Shown piece by piece: positions 31,851-40,532 of a DNA stretch of 64,000 nt. The stretch's first letter is position 1, and each line of letters starts with the position of its first letter. The notes beneath the pieces are model-generated. The model saw only the letters and a list, made by a program, of their open reading frames with translations. It ran no database searches and was not told where the DNA came from. The translations under genes were made by a program, and so were the position numbers. Origin of the DNA: an uncultured Actinomycetes bacterium. GTDB lineage: Bacteria; Actinomycetota; Thermoleophilia; UBA2241. The DNA is taken from contig CAVRZA010000004.1 in NCBI GenBank assembly GCA_963725665.1, forward strand, positions 512,001 through 576,000. The letters are read 5' to 3'.

Positions 31851-32743
31851 GCGAGGAGGCCGCAGCCGCCTTCCGCTCCGGCTTCGTCGCCGTGCTGGGG
31901 CGCCCCAACGTGGGCAAGTCCACCATCGTCAACCGACTCGTGGGGCACAAGGTCAGCATCGTGTCCGATCATCCGCAAACGACACGCCGCCGCATCAGCG
32001 GCGTGGTGAACCGGCCCGGCCTCCAGCTCGTCCTTCTCGACCTGCCGGGCTTCCAGCGGCCCTTCGACTCGCTCACACGGCGCATGCAGGCGACCGTGGA
32101 CGCGGCCCTCGAGGAGGTCGACGCGGCCCTCGTTGTGCTCAACGCCGCCGAGCGCTTCGGCGGCGGCGACCGCTTCATCGCCAAGGCGGTGCGCACATCC
32201 AACGCACCTGCGGTGACCGCGCTCAACAAGGTCGACCTGGTGGCAGCCGACCTTCTCGGCGAGCGCGTCGCGGCGGCCGAGGAGCTGACCGGCGGTGAGG
32301 TCCTGCCGGTCAGCGCGCTGACCGGGGAGGGGCTGCAGCGGCTCGTCGCGGACCTCGCCGCCGCCATGCCCGAGGGCCCCGCCTACTTCCCCGAAGGCAC
32401 ATCGACCGATCAGCCGGTCGAGCTGCTGGTCGCCGAGCTGATCCGCGAACAGGCCCTCGCTCTCACGCGCGAGGAGGTTCCGCATGCCGTCGCGGTCGAG
32501 ATCGAATCCCTCGAGGAGCGCCGTGACCGTCCGCTGGTCGAGATCGAGGCGCGCTTGATCGTCGAGCACGAGTCGCAGAAGGGCATCCTGATCGGCAAAG
32601 GTGGCGCCCTCGTGAAGCGCGTGGGCAGCCAGGCTCGCAAGGAGATCGAGGCGGTCCTGGGAACGCCGGTGTTTCTCAGCCTGCGCGTGAAGGTGCGGCG
32701 CCGCTGGCGGCGCGACGAGTCCTACGTCGAGCGGCTCCTCTAG
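31847..32743 (+). CDS. era: GTPase Era
   Basis: GRPNVGKST, QTTR, DLPG, NKVD, EEVPH, KH motif ILIGKGG. Confidence 0.96.
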   Translation: MSEEAAAAFRSGFVAVLGRPNVGKSTIVNRLVGHKVSIVSDHPQTTRRRISGVVNRPGLQLVLLDLPGFQRPFDSLTRRMQATVDAALEEVDAALVVLNAAERFGGGDRFIAKAVRTSNAPAVTALNKVDLVAADLLGERVAAAEELTGGEVLPVSALTGEGLQRLVADLAAAMPEGPAYFPEGTSTDQPVELLVAELIREQALALTREEVPHAVAVEIESLEERRDRPLVEIEARLIVEHESQKGILIGKGGALVKRVGSQARKEIEAVLGTPVFLSLRVKVRRRWRRDESYVERLL

Positions 32744-32923
32744 AAGGCAATCGGCGGGTCGCCGAGCCAGGCTACCCTTTCGTTCTTCGCTCACGACCGC
32801 GCTGTGATACCCTTAGGACAGTCGGCAACGCGGCGCGCGCGGTCGGGGCGAACATGGCAGGGGGGTGCCGGATCGCGGCTGGAGCGCCGGTGCGAGCACT
32901 CCGTGCTACGAAGGGGGCTGGGG

Positions 32924-33625
32924 GTGCATCCCGAAGAGCTTGCCAAGACGATAGACCACACGCTGCTGCGTCCCGACTCGACCGCGAAGGATGTCATGAA
33001 GCTGTGCCGCGAGGCGCGCCGCTTCCACTTCGCGACCGTGTGCGTCTTCCCGTACTTCGTGCCCCTCGCCGCCGATCTGCTGCGCGACTGCGACGTCAAG
33101 GTCTGCTCTGTGGTCTCCTTTCCCTACGGCTGCGACCGTACGCGAGCCAAGATCGCCGCCGCCGAGCAGGCCGTGAGCGAGGGCGCCGACGAGCTCGACG
33201 TCGTCATGAACCTGCCCGCCATGCTCTCGGGCGAGTTCGGGTACGTGCGCGACGAGCTGGCCAGCGTGATCCGGGCCGTGCGCATGAAGACCGTCAACTC
33301 GGGCAAGGGGCTTACGATCGTCAAAGTCATCATCGAGTGCTGCTACCTCAGCAACAAGATGAAGAAGCTGGCCTGTAAGATCGTCGACGACGCCGGCGCC
33401 GATTTCGCCAAGACCTCGACCGGCGTCGGGCCTGCGGGGGCCACCATCCCCGACGTGGAGCTCCTGCGCGACTGCCTCAGCGAGCACGTGGGCGTCAAGG
33501 CGTCGGGCGGCATCAGGAGCTATGAGATGGTCGAGCGCCTCATCAACGCCGGCGCGGCCCGCATCGGCACGAGCAGCGGCGTCGACATCATGCAGCAGCT
33601 CCTCGGCCGCGCCGGAGTGACCTAG
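32924..33625 (+). CDS. deoC: Deoxyribose-phosphate aldolase
   Basis: IDHTLLRPD, GADELDVVMN, KVIIE, FAKTSTG, VKASGGIR, RIGTSSG; start GTG 32924. Confidence 0.93.
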   Translation: MHPEELAKTIDHTLLRPDSTAKDVMKLCREARRFHFATVCVFPYFVPLAADLLRDCDVKVCSVVSFPYGCDRTRAKIAAAEQAVSEGADELDVVMNLPAMLSGEFGYVRDELASVIRAVRMKTVNSGKGLTIVKVIIECCYLSNKMKKLACKIVDDAGADFAKTSTGVGPAGATIPDVELLRDCLSEHVGVKASGGIRSYEMVERLINAGAARIGTSSGVDIMQQLLGRAGVT

Positions 33626-33917
33626 GGATCACGAGACCTTCCGCCGCAATGCGCCGTGACGGCGCTGACGGGAACCGCCGACGCCGTCGTGCCGACGCTC
33701 GCGTAGGTCTGCTACGAAGCGTGTGGTATCCTGCCACGTCGGGCACGGTCACGGCGCGGATGTGCGCGTGGTGCTTCGTCTCGTTTCGCCTGCAGGGCAG
33801 GCGAGACATAACTTGGGTGACCCTTCGTGCTTGCGCGGCCCGGGCTGCGCCCGTCGCACGAGTGCATGCGACAGGCGGTCAGGCCGAGATCTATGCGCGA
33901 GACTAAGGAGGCGTGAC

Positions 33918-35654
33918 ATCGAAGCAGTTCCCAGCGCGACGGCTCAACAGGGCCGGGCAAGGCGGCTTCTGTCGTCGGCCGCTCGCCTTGTGGGACATCT
34001 GCGACCGGCGCTCACCTGGTACGGTCTCGCGCTCGGTGGCATCCTCGCGTACGCGCTCTATCTGCGCCTGCACGGCATCACCTGGGGCCTGCCGTTCGCC
34101 TACCTCGATCCCGACGAGGCAGTGATCACTCGCGAGGCGTTCCGCATCGCCAGCGGTCACCCCAACCCCGAGTTCTTCCTCTACCCGTCGGGACTCTTCA
34201 ACCTGGTGGCCTTCGTGTACCTGGCGATGGCCCTCGTTTGGCATCCTGCTGCGGCATCGTCGTTCCTCTCGGAGGGGTCGTTCGTCGTCCATCCGGCTCC
34301 TTACCTGTTGGCCGCGCGGCTGTTGGTCGTCGCCTTCGGCGTGGCCTCGGTCTACCTCATGTACGTGCTCGGCACGAAGGCTTTCTCGCGGCCGGTCGGC
34401 CTGCTCGCGGCGCTGTTCCTGGCCGTGGTGCCGCTGCACGTGACGTACTCTCACTACGCCGTCACCGACGTCCCGGCGACGGCCATCTCGCTCCTCGCTC
34501 TGCTGCTCTTCGTGCGCGCGGCCAGGGAGAGGGCGCTGCGCTTGCTGAGCGCCGGGGCCTTCGTCGCCGGTGTCGCCACGTCGACCAAGTACAACTTCGG
34601 CATGCTGCTCGTCCCGGCTGCTGTCGCGGGCTGGTACGTGCTTGGCCCGCTCTGGAGTCGCGAAATGGGGCTGTGGGCGCTCGTGCGCCTCGCCGCCCGG
34701 CGCATCATCGCGCCGATGGCGGTCGCGTTCTTTCTCTTCACCCCGTTCGCGCTGCTCGACCCGATCCACTTCGCGCGCGACTTCTACAAGCAGAACGAGA
34801 TCGTGCGTCGCGGCTGGCTCGGCTTCGAGCATACGGGCAACGGCTACTGGTACAACGTGCACGTCAACCTGCCCTCGTCGCTTGGCGTGGTGCTCTTCGT
34901 GCTCTGCATCGGGGGGCTGGCCTGGTCGCTGTACCGGCGCCGGCGCGTCGATTTGGTGCTGGCCTCGTACGTCGTCGTCTACTATCTGTACGTGAGCGGC
35001 TGGGCGGCCCTGAACGACCGCTACCTGCTGCCCATCGTGCCGGTGCTCGTACTGCTGGCGGCGCGCCTCGCCGTCGGCCTTGCCCGCCTGCGCTTCGTGC
35101 GCCGGCGGCTCCTCGCGCCTGCGGTCGTCGGCCTGCTCATCGTGGCTTTCATGTTGCCGCTCTCGGCGTCGATCGCTTACGACCGCGCCCTCACCGGACC
35201 CGACGTGCGCTCTATCGCCAAGGCGTGGATCGAGACCCATGTCAGGGCGGGGAGCACGGTGGCGGTGGAACCCTACAGCCCACCCCTCGTGCCCCGCTCG
35301 AGCTTCCCCTTCTTCACTGCCGCGGGTCACAGTACGGCCTACTACCGGCTGGTGCGCCTGCCGCTGCCGCTCCCCGGCCGCAAGGACTGGCGGCACAACC
35401 TCTCCTTCCTGCGCCACCGCGACGTGCAGTACGTGATCGTGAGCTCCGAGGTGTACCGGCGCGTGCTGGCGGCGCCGCTCGTCTACCCGCGGCAGGTCGC
35501 CTTCTACGAGCGCCTCGCTCAGCAGGCCCGGCTGATCAAGCGCTTCGCGCCGGGGCCGGGCGAGCGCGGGCCGACGATCCTCGTCTACCGCCTCACAGCG
35601 GCGCGTGTCCTATCGCAGCGCGACGTAGCTCACCAGCCCGGGTGGGATGGGTAG
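33918..35654 (+). CDS. GT-C fold glycosyltransferase (PMT/ArnT, family 39-like); start uncertain, best-placed codon is ATC 33918
   Basis: LRLHGITWGLP..DPDE, NPEFFLYP, SHYAVTDVP, TSTKYN, RYLLP; more than 10 TM helices. Confidence 0.85.
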   Translation: MEAVPSATAQQGRARRLLSSAARLVGHLRPALTWYGLALGGILAYALYLRLHGITWGLPFAYLDPDEAVITREAFRIASGHPNPEFFLYPSGLFNLVAFVYLAMALVWHPAAASSFLSEGSFVVHPAPYLLAARLLVVAFGVASVYLMYVLGTKAFSRPVGLLAALFLAVVPLHVTYSHYAVTDVPATAISLLALLLFVRAARERALRLLSAGAFVAGVATSTKYNFGMLLVPAAVAGWYVLGPLWSREMGLWALVRLAARRIIAPMAVAFFLFTPFALLDPIHFARDFYKQNEIVRRGWLGFEHTGNGYWYNVHVNLPSSLGVVLFVLCIGGLAWSLYRRRRVDLVLASYVVVYYLYVSGWAALNDRYLLPIVPVLVLLAARLAVGLARLRFVRRRLLAPAVVGLLIVAFMLPLSASIAYDRALTGPDVRSIAKAWIETHVRAGSTVAVEPYSPPLVPRSSFPFFTAAGHSTAYYRLVRLPLPLPGRKDWRHNLSFLRHRDVQYVIVSSEVYRRVLAAPLVYPRQVAFYERLAQQARLIKRFAPGPGERGPTILVYRLTAARVLSQRDVAHQPGWDG

Positions 35655-36614
35655 CCAGAAGTTGATCAGGCGGTAGGTCAGCACGACGGCCACCGCTTCC
35701 GATGAGTCGACCCCGAAGCTCACGAACATGGCGATCAGCAGACCCTCCACGGCGCCTAGGCCGCCCGGTGTCGGCGCCAGGGTGCCCACCGCGTAGCCGA
35801 CCACATAGGCGACGATCATCGCCGGGACGCTGGGCGGCGTCGTGAAGGCCCAGAAGACCAGGTAGAGGCAGAGGAGGTCGAAGAACCAGAAGCTGAGCGA
35901 GTAGATCACCGACATGCGTACCGAGCCGCGGTGCGTCGTCATGCGCCGCATACCCGCGAACAGGCTGTCGAGCCAGCCGTCGATGTGCTCGGGCTTGATG
36001 CGCTCGCTGCGCGTCATGCGGTTGATGAGGCGGGCGACTTGCGTGACTCGGCGGCGCATCTTGGCGCGGTGGTTGTAGAGGTAGAGTCCGTAGCCTGTCA
36101 GCCAGAGGAAGAAGCCGATCAGGATGAGGGCGGCGGTGTAGGCGAACGGGTTGAGCTTGCCGCTGCCCACGAGGTAGACCATGGAGAGCAAGAAGAGGAC
36201 CCACAGGACGATGTAGTTGAAGAAGTTCTGCGCGGCGATGGCGACGAACACCAGTCCGTGAGGGACGCCGTGCTTGCGCAGGGCGTTGTAGCTGACCACC
36301 CAGCCGGCCGCGCCGCCGGCAGAGAAGAGGTGGCTGGCGGCGAGGCCGGCGAGGACGATCTTGACCATCGTCCCCAGCGACAGACGGATGTCGAGGACGT
36401 GCAGGATGAAGCGGAACAGGTTGGCGTACCCCGTCAGGGCCACGCCCTCGATCACGACGGCGAACACGAGCAGTGCCCAGTTCGCCTGGCTGATCAGTTC
36501 GCCGGCCTTCTCCGCGCCGACAAGGCGCGGCAGAAGGAGGTAGAGGGCGACGACGATGAGGACGAAGATGAGCAGTCTACGCAGGACTTTTATCGGACAC
36601 CCTCCCGCTGTCAC
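35610..36614 (-). CDS. Lysylphosphatidylglycerol-synthase TM / flippase-like protein (YbhN/UPF0104); start GTG 36614 or ATA 36593
   Basis: APTPGGLGAVE, AVVLTYRLINFWLP; multi-TM; 3' end overlaps the GT gene by 45 bp. Confidence 0.85.
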   Translation of the reverse strand: MTAGGCPIKVLRRLLIFVLIVVALYLLLPRLVGAEKAGELISQANWALLVFAVVIEGVALTGYANLFRFILHVLDIRLSLGTMVKIVLAGLAASHLFSAGGAAGWVVSYNALRKHGVPHGLVFVAIAAQNFFNYIVLWVLFLLSMVYLVGSGKLNPFAYTAALILIGFFLWLTGYGLYLYNHRAKMRRRVTQVARLINRMTRSERIKPEHIDGWLDSLFAGMRRMTTHRGSVRMSVIYSLSFWFFDLLCLYLVFWAFTTPPSVPAMIVAYVVGYAVGTLAPTPGGLGAVEGLLIAMFVSFGVDSSEAVAVVLTYRLINFWLPIPPGLVSYVALR

Positions 36615-36676
36615 CCCTGGTGCGACCGGCTGCCGAGAATATCATAGGGGGGCGGTAAGGCCGGCGAGGGGATGAG

Positions 36677-37348
36677 ATGGCGACGCGCGTGAAGGTCAGC
36701 GGTCTGACGCGGTCCGGCGACGTCGAGATCGCGATCGCGCTGGGCGCCTGGGCGCTGGGCTTCGCCGTGGCCGGCGAAGCCCAGCGCCCAGGCGCCCCCG
36801 TCCCGGCGCGGCCGCTGTCGGACCCGGAGCCCTTGAGCTCAGAGCAGGCGGCCGAGCTCGTAGCCGCTGCGCGTGCCCGCGACGCCGGTTTGCTCACCGT
36901 GGCTCGTGTACTGAGCGGCGACCCTTACGAGATCGTGCGTGCCGCGGCGGCGACCGGCGCGAGCGCCGTCGAAGTGGGCGTCGAGGTCGACGCGGCGGCG
37001 GTGCGCGCCGCGATGAGGGCCGGCAGCCTCTCGGCCGCGGCCCTCATCGCGGCGCGCGACGCGCCCGGGGCGGACGAGGCCGACTTCGTCGTCTTTTCCA
37101 GGAGACGGCCGGACGCGCCGGACGCGTCAGCGGCCGCCTGGGACCCCGTCACGAGACCGGCGTTCAAGCGCGTCATAGTGGCGGGCGACATCGACCCGCG
37201 AAACGCGGGTGAGGTGGTACGGCAGGTGCATCCCTTCGCGATCGACGTGGGCGACGCTGTGCGTGCTCGCCCGGGCACGCTCGACGCGGCCAGGCTGGGC
37301 GAGCTGATCAGCGCCGTGGCCGCTGCCGACGCTCAGGAGCCGTGGTGA
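36677..37348 (+). CDS. TrpF (phosphoribosylanthranilate isomerase)-like protein with a degenerate active site
   Basis: TRVKVSGLT, GAWALGF, VIVAGDIDPRN, PFAIDVGDAV, PGTLD follow the TrpF motif order but lack the catalytic residues. Confidence 0.75.
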   Translation: MATRVKVSGLTRSGDVEIAIALGAWALGFAVAGEAQRPGAPVPARPLSDPEPLSSEQAAELVAAARARDAGLLTVARVLSGDPYEIVRAAAATGASAVEVGVEVDAAAVRAAMRAGSLSAAALIAARDAPGADEADFVVFSRRRPDAPDASAAAWDPVTRPAFKRVIVAGDIDPRNAGEVVRQVHPFAIDVGDAVRARPGTLDAARLGELISAVAAADAQEPW

Positions 37349-37403
37349 GCGGGGTCGTAGTGTCGCGGGGCTCCGTCTCTCGATCCGTCCTGCAACGTTT
37401 GCT

Positions 37404-38573
37404 TCAGTAGAGGAACATGGGCTTGCCCATCACCTCGCGCACCTTGGGCCTGTAGTTCTCGCTGTCATAGAGCGCGTCGATGTCGAGGTGGCGCTGCCGT
37501 CCGCTCACGGCGTCGAGCGGTATCGTCGTGTAGCTGCCGCCCTGCAGCGCCACCATCTCGCCGGAACGCCCCCGGGCGATCTCGTCGCAGGCTAGTATGC
37601 CGAACGCGCGGCCTACCATCTTGTCGAGCACGTCGGGCGGCCCGGAGCGGATGACGTAGCCGAGCTGCTGGAACATCATGTCGACGCCGGTCAGGCGCTT
37701 GATCTCCTTTGTCGTGGCGTCGCCGATGCCACCGAGCTTGCGATGGCCGAAGGCGTCGGCCTCACCTGATTCGGTGACGCCGCCGCCCTCGGGGACCGCC
37801 CCCTCCGAGATCGTCACGATGGCGTAGCGGGACGGGTTGCGCTCCCGGTCCTCGAGGAGCAGGCGGCTCAGCTTGCCGACATCGAAGGGCACCTCGGGGA
37901 TGATCGCCCGGTCGGCGTCGGCCAAGTAGGCGGCATAGAAGGAGGTCTCGCCCGAGTTGCGCCCGAAGAGCTCGACCACGCCGATGCGCTCGTGGGATCC
38001 GAGCGCCGTGCGGAAGTTGGTGATCAGGTCGACGGAGCGCGTCAAAGCGGTCGAGAAGCCGATGCAGTAGTCCGTGCCGTAGACGTCGTTGTCCATCGTC
38101 TTGGGCATGGCGACGACAGGCACGTTCTCGAGGTGAAGACGGCCGGCGAAGCTGAGCGTGTCGTCGCCGCCGATGGGGAGTAGGCCGTCGAGTCCGAGAG
38201 CATCGATGACGCGCACCGCGTGGCGGGTGCAGTCTACGGCACCGTCGTCCCGCTCCTGGCGATCCTCGTCGCGCACCACACCGGGGACCTTGTCGCGCTT
38301 CACTTTGCTCGGGTTCGTCCGCGAGGTGTGCAGAGCGGTACCGCCCGAGCGGTCGTAGGCGCGCACGCGGTCTGCGTCGAGGCGCACGGTCCACTTCTCG
38401 ACCGAGGCCCGGTCGTCGGGGTCCATCTCGAGCAGGCTCGCCCAGCCGCGACGCAAGCCGACTACCTCGACGCCATACTCGCGAGCGCGCATCGTTGCCG
38501 CCTTGATGGCCACGTTGAGTCCCGGCACGTCGCCGCCACCAGTCAGGATGCCGATCCGCCGCAAGTCCCCCAT
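37404..38573 (-). CDS. pfkA: 6-phosphofructokinase (PfkA family), PPi-type signature
   Basis: ILTGGGDVPGLN, GGTALHTSR, GGDDT, PKTMDND, ELFGR, LGYVIRSG; SD GGAGAGG. Confidence 0.9.
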   Translation of the reverse strand: MGDLRRIGILTGGGDVPGLNVAIKAATMRAREYGVEVVGLRRGWASLLEMDPDDRASVEKWTVRLDADRVRAYDRSGGTALHTSRTNPSKVKRDKVPGVVRDEDRQERDDGAVDCTRHAVRVIDALGLDGLLPIGGDDTLSFAGRLHLENVPVVAMPKTMDNDVYGTDYCIGFSTALTRSVDLITNFRTALGSHERIGVVELFGRNSGETSFYAAYLADADRAIIPEVPFDVGKLSRLLLEDRERNPSRYAIVTISEGAVPEGGGVTESGEADAFGHRKLGGIGDATTKEIKRLTGVDMMFQQLGYVIRSGPPDVLDKMVGRAFGILACDEIARGRSGEMVALQGGSYTTIPLDAVSGRQRHLDIDALYDSENYRPKVREVMGKPMFLY

Positions 38574-38725
38574 GCTGTCCTCTCCTTGAAGGTTGCGTGC
38601 TGACAGCCGTGAAGTCTGCCTGGTTTGACCCCGTATGTCACGCGTCGAGGCCTCGTACGCCGAAGGGTCCCGACCCCACTGTGCCGGCGCGTCGTCGGCC
38701 AGGGCGGGAGGCGCTCTTGCGGGCC

Positions 38726-39121
38726 CTAGTCCTCGGCGAAAGCGAGCGGCTCGAGCTCCTGGCGGCGCAGCCAGGCGAAGATGATCGCGCCCGGCAGGGC
38801 GGTGGGCGGGAACGCGATTACGGCGAGCCAGACGTAGGAGTGCAGCAGCGCGCTCAAGATCATGCCGTAGACCCAGGTGGCGAGAAAGCCGCCGGCGATG
38901 GCCGCGAGCCAAAGGACGGACACCAGCGCGGGCGGCACAATGCCGAGGGCGAAAACGACGACGAGCACGAGGGCGAGGACGAACGTGATCACGCCGGCGA
39001 GGAAGAGGGCGGAGAGGCGCTGCCAGTCGCGGAGGGCGCGAGCCTTGAGCGCGGCGCGGTGGCGACGCTCCTGCTCAGAGTCGTAGGAGCTCGCGCCGAG
39101 TGATGGGAAGAGGTCGGTCAC
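38726..39121 (-). CDS. Hypothetical membrane protein (about 3 TM helices)
   Basis: GAGG SD then GTG 39121; three hydrophobic stretches; no family recognised. Confidence 0.65.
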   Translation of the reverse strand: MTDLFPSLGASSYDSEQERRHRAALKARALRDWQRLSALFLAGVITFVLALVLVVVFALGIVPPALVSVLWLAAIAGGFLATWVYGMILSALLHSYVWLAVIAFPPTALPGAIIFAWLRRQELEPLAFAED

Positions 39122-39230
39122 GGTGGCAACCTCGGTCTGCGGGGACGACGGCGGGTACCCTCGTGAGATTCTCGGCGAACGAGATGGCGAAGACAACCGG
39201 CCGCCTCGTCACGGCGCGCTGTATCCCTGG

Positions 39231-40175
39231 TCAGGCCGCCTCGAGGCCTCCCGACATCAGGAAGCGCTCCACTGATGCGGCGACGGTCGAGCCCTCGGCA
39301 ACCGCCGTCGCGATCATCTTCACCTTGCCTTCGTAGCTCGCGAAATCGCCGGCAGCGAAGACGCCCGGCGACCTCGTCGTCATCGCCGAATCCACGACCA
39401 CGTGACTGTCGTCGAGCGGGATCTCCCACCCCTGGGCGCCGCGCAGGTCGGGCACCTGGCCGATGCTGACCAGCACCAGGTCTGCGGGCACCTCGACGCT
39501 CTGCTTGTCGTGGATCGACACGAGGACGTGCTCGAGGCGGTCGTCTCCGCCGAGGCCCACGACCTCGGCGCCCAGCAGCAGTCGCACGCCGGACGTGGCA
39601 AGCCGCTCCCGCGAGTGGCCGTATGCGCTCAGGGTGTCACTACGGTGGACCAGCGTTGTGCGCGCGATCTCCTGGAGCGACAGCGCCGTGTCCACGGCGC
39701 TGTCGCCGCCGCCCACGACGACGATGCGCGTCGCCTTGACTTGGTCGCGCGGCGGCAGGCGGTAGGTCAGGCCGCGGCCGAGGTAGCGCTGCTCGCACTC
39801 GAGGCCGAGCGTGCGCGGTGTGAAGCGGCCGAGACCCAGCGCCAGCACGACGGCGTCCGTCTCGATCTCCTCGTCGCCGGTGCGCACGGCGAACCGATGG
39901 TCACGGCGTCCGACGAAGTCGACGGGCTGCAGCTCGCGCAACTCGGCGCCGAAATGGACTGCTTGGTCGGCGAGGCGCCGGGCGAGGTCACGCGAGGCGA
40001 CCTCGGGCTGCGCGGGGAAGTTGTCGACCGGCTTGGTGGGGTAGAGGTTGACGAGCTGCCCACCGAACGTCTCGGCCTCGAGGAGAAGCGGCGCTAGGCC
40101 GCGCTGGCGGGCGTAGGTCGCGGTCGCAAGACCGGCGGGCCCTCCGCCGACGATGACGACGTCGAAGTGCGACAC
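39231..40175 (-). CDS. TrxR-type ferredoxin--NADP+ reductase (YumC-like)
   Basis: GGGPAG, GGQLVNLYPTK, GLGRFTPR, GGGDSAVD, HR, AAGD, GKVKMIATAVAEG; no CxxC, so not a true thioredoxin reductase. Confidence 0.85.
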   Translation of the reverse strand: MSHFDVVIVGGGPAGLATATYARQRGLAPLLLEAETFGGQLVNLYPTKPVDNFPAQPEVASRDLARRLADQAVHFGAELRELQPVDFVGRRDHRFAVRTGDEEIETDAVVLALGLGRFTPRTLGLECEQRYLGRGLTYRLPPRDQVKATRIVVVGGGDSAVDTALSLQEIARTTLVHRSDTLSAYGHSRERLATSGVRLLLGAEVVGLGGDDRLEHVLVSIHDKQSVEVPADLVLVSIGQVPDLRGAQGWEIPLDDSHVVVDSAMTTRSPGVFAAGDFASYEGKVKMIATAVAEGSTVAASVERFLMSGGLEAA

Positions 40176-40211
40176 GAGAGTCTCCCATATAGCGGAGTAA
40201 TTTTATCTTGT

Positions 40212-40220
40212 ATTGTACCA
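40212..40220 (-). promoter_or_regulatory. Extended -10 promoter of the FNR gene
   Basis: TGgTACAAT followed by an AT-rich leader and a GGGAG SD. Confidence 0.55.
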
Positions 40221-40532
40221 CGGATTACCCTTCTCGAGCCCTCTCGCGGACCCCACGCGGGCGAGTGCAGAGTACGCGCTGTGCAGGGAAACACGGGGGT
40301 GTACTCGATTCGGCCGGTTGTCTTTGAGAGGACCCCTGTGGTCTAGTACCCGGCGAGCCGAACACCAGAGCACTGCCCTTCCGTCTCGCCATACTCGTTT
40401 CCTTTTGTGGCACATGCGTCCGGCCGGCATGTCCGGATGCGGGTCGAGTGCGGGCACGAGGGGTCGTGCGGCCAGCGCCGCGAGGCACAGGTGCGACCGC
40501 TGCCTCGAGGCACACGCCGTCGAAAGGAAGCC

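Noticed and set aside
33913-34125. 70-aa ORF starting at GTG 33913
   Set aside because: Only 1 nt from the SD, overlaps the glycosyltransferase out of frame, and is not protein-like.
39231-40175. Thioredoxin reductase (trxB)
   Set aside because: No redox-active CxxC; the motifs fit a YumC-type FNR.
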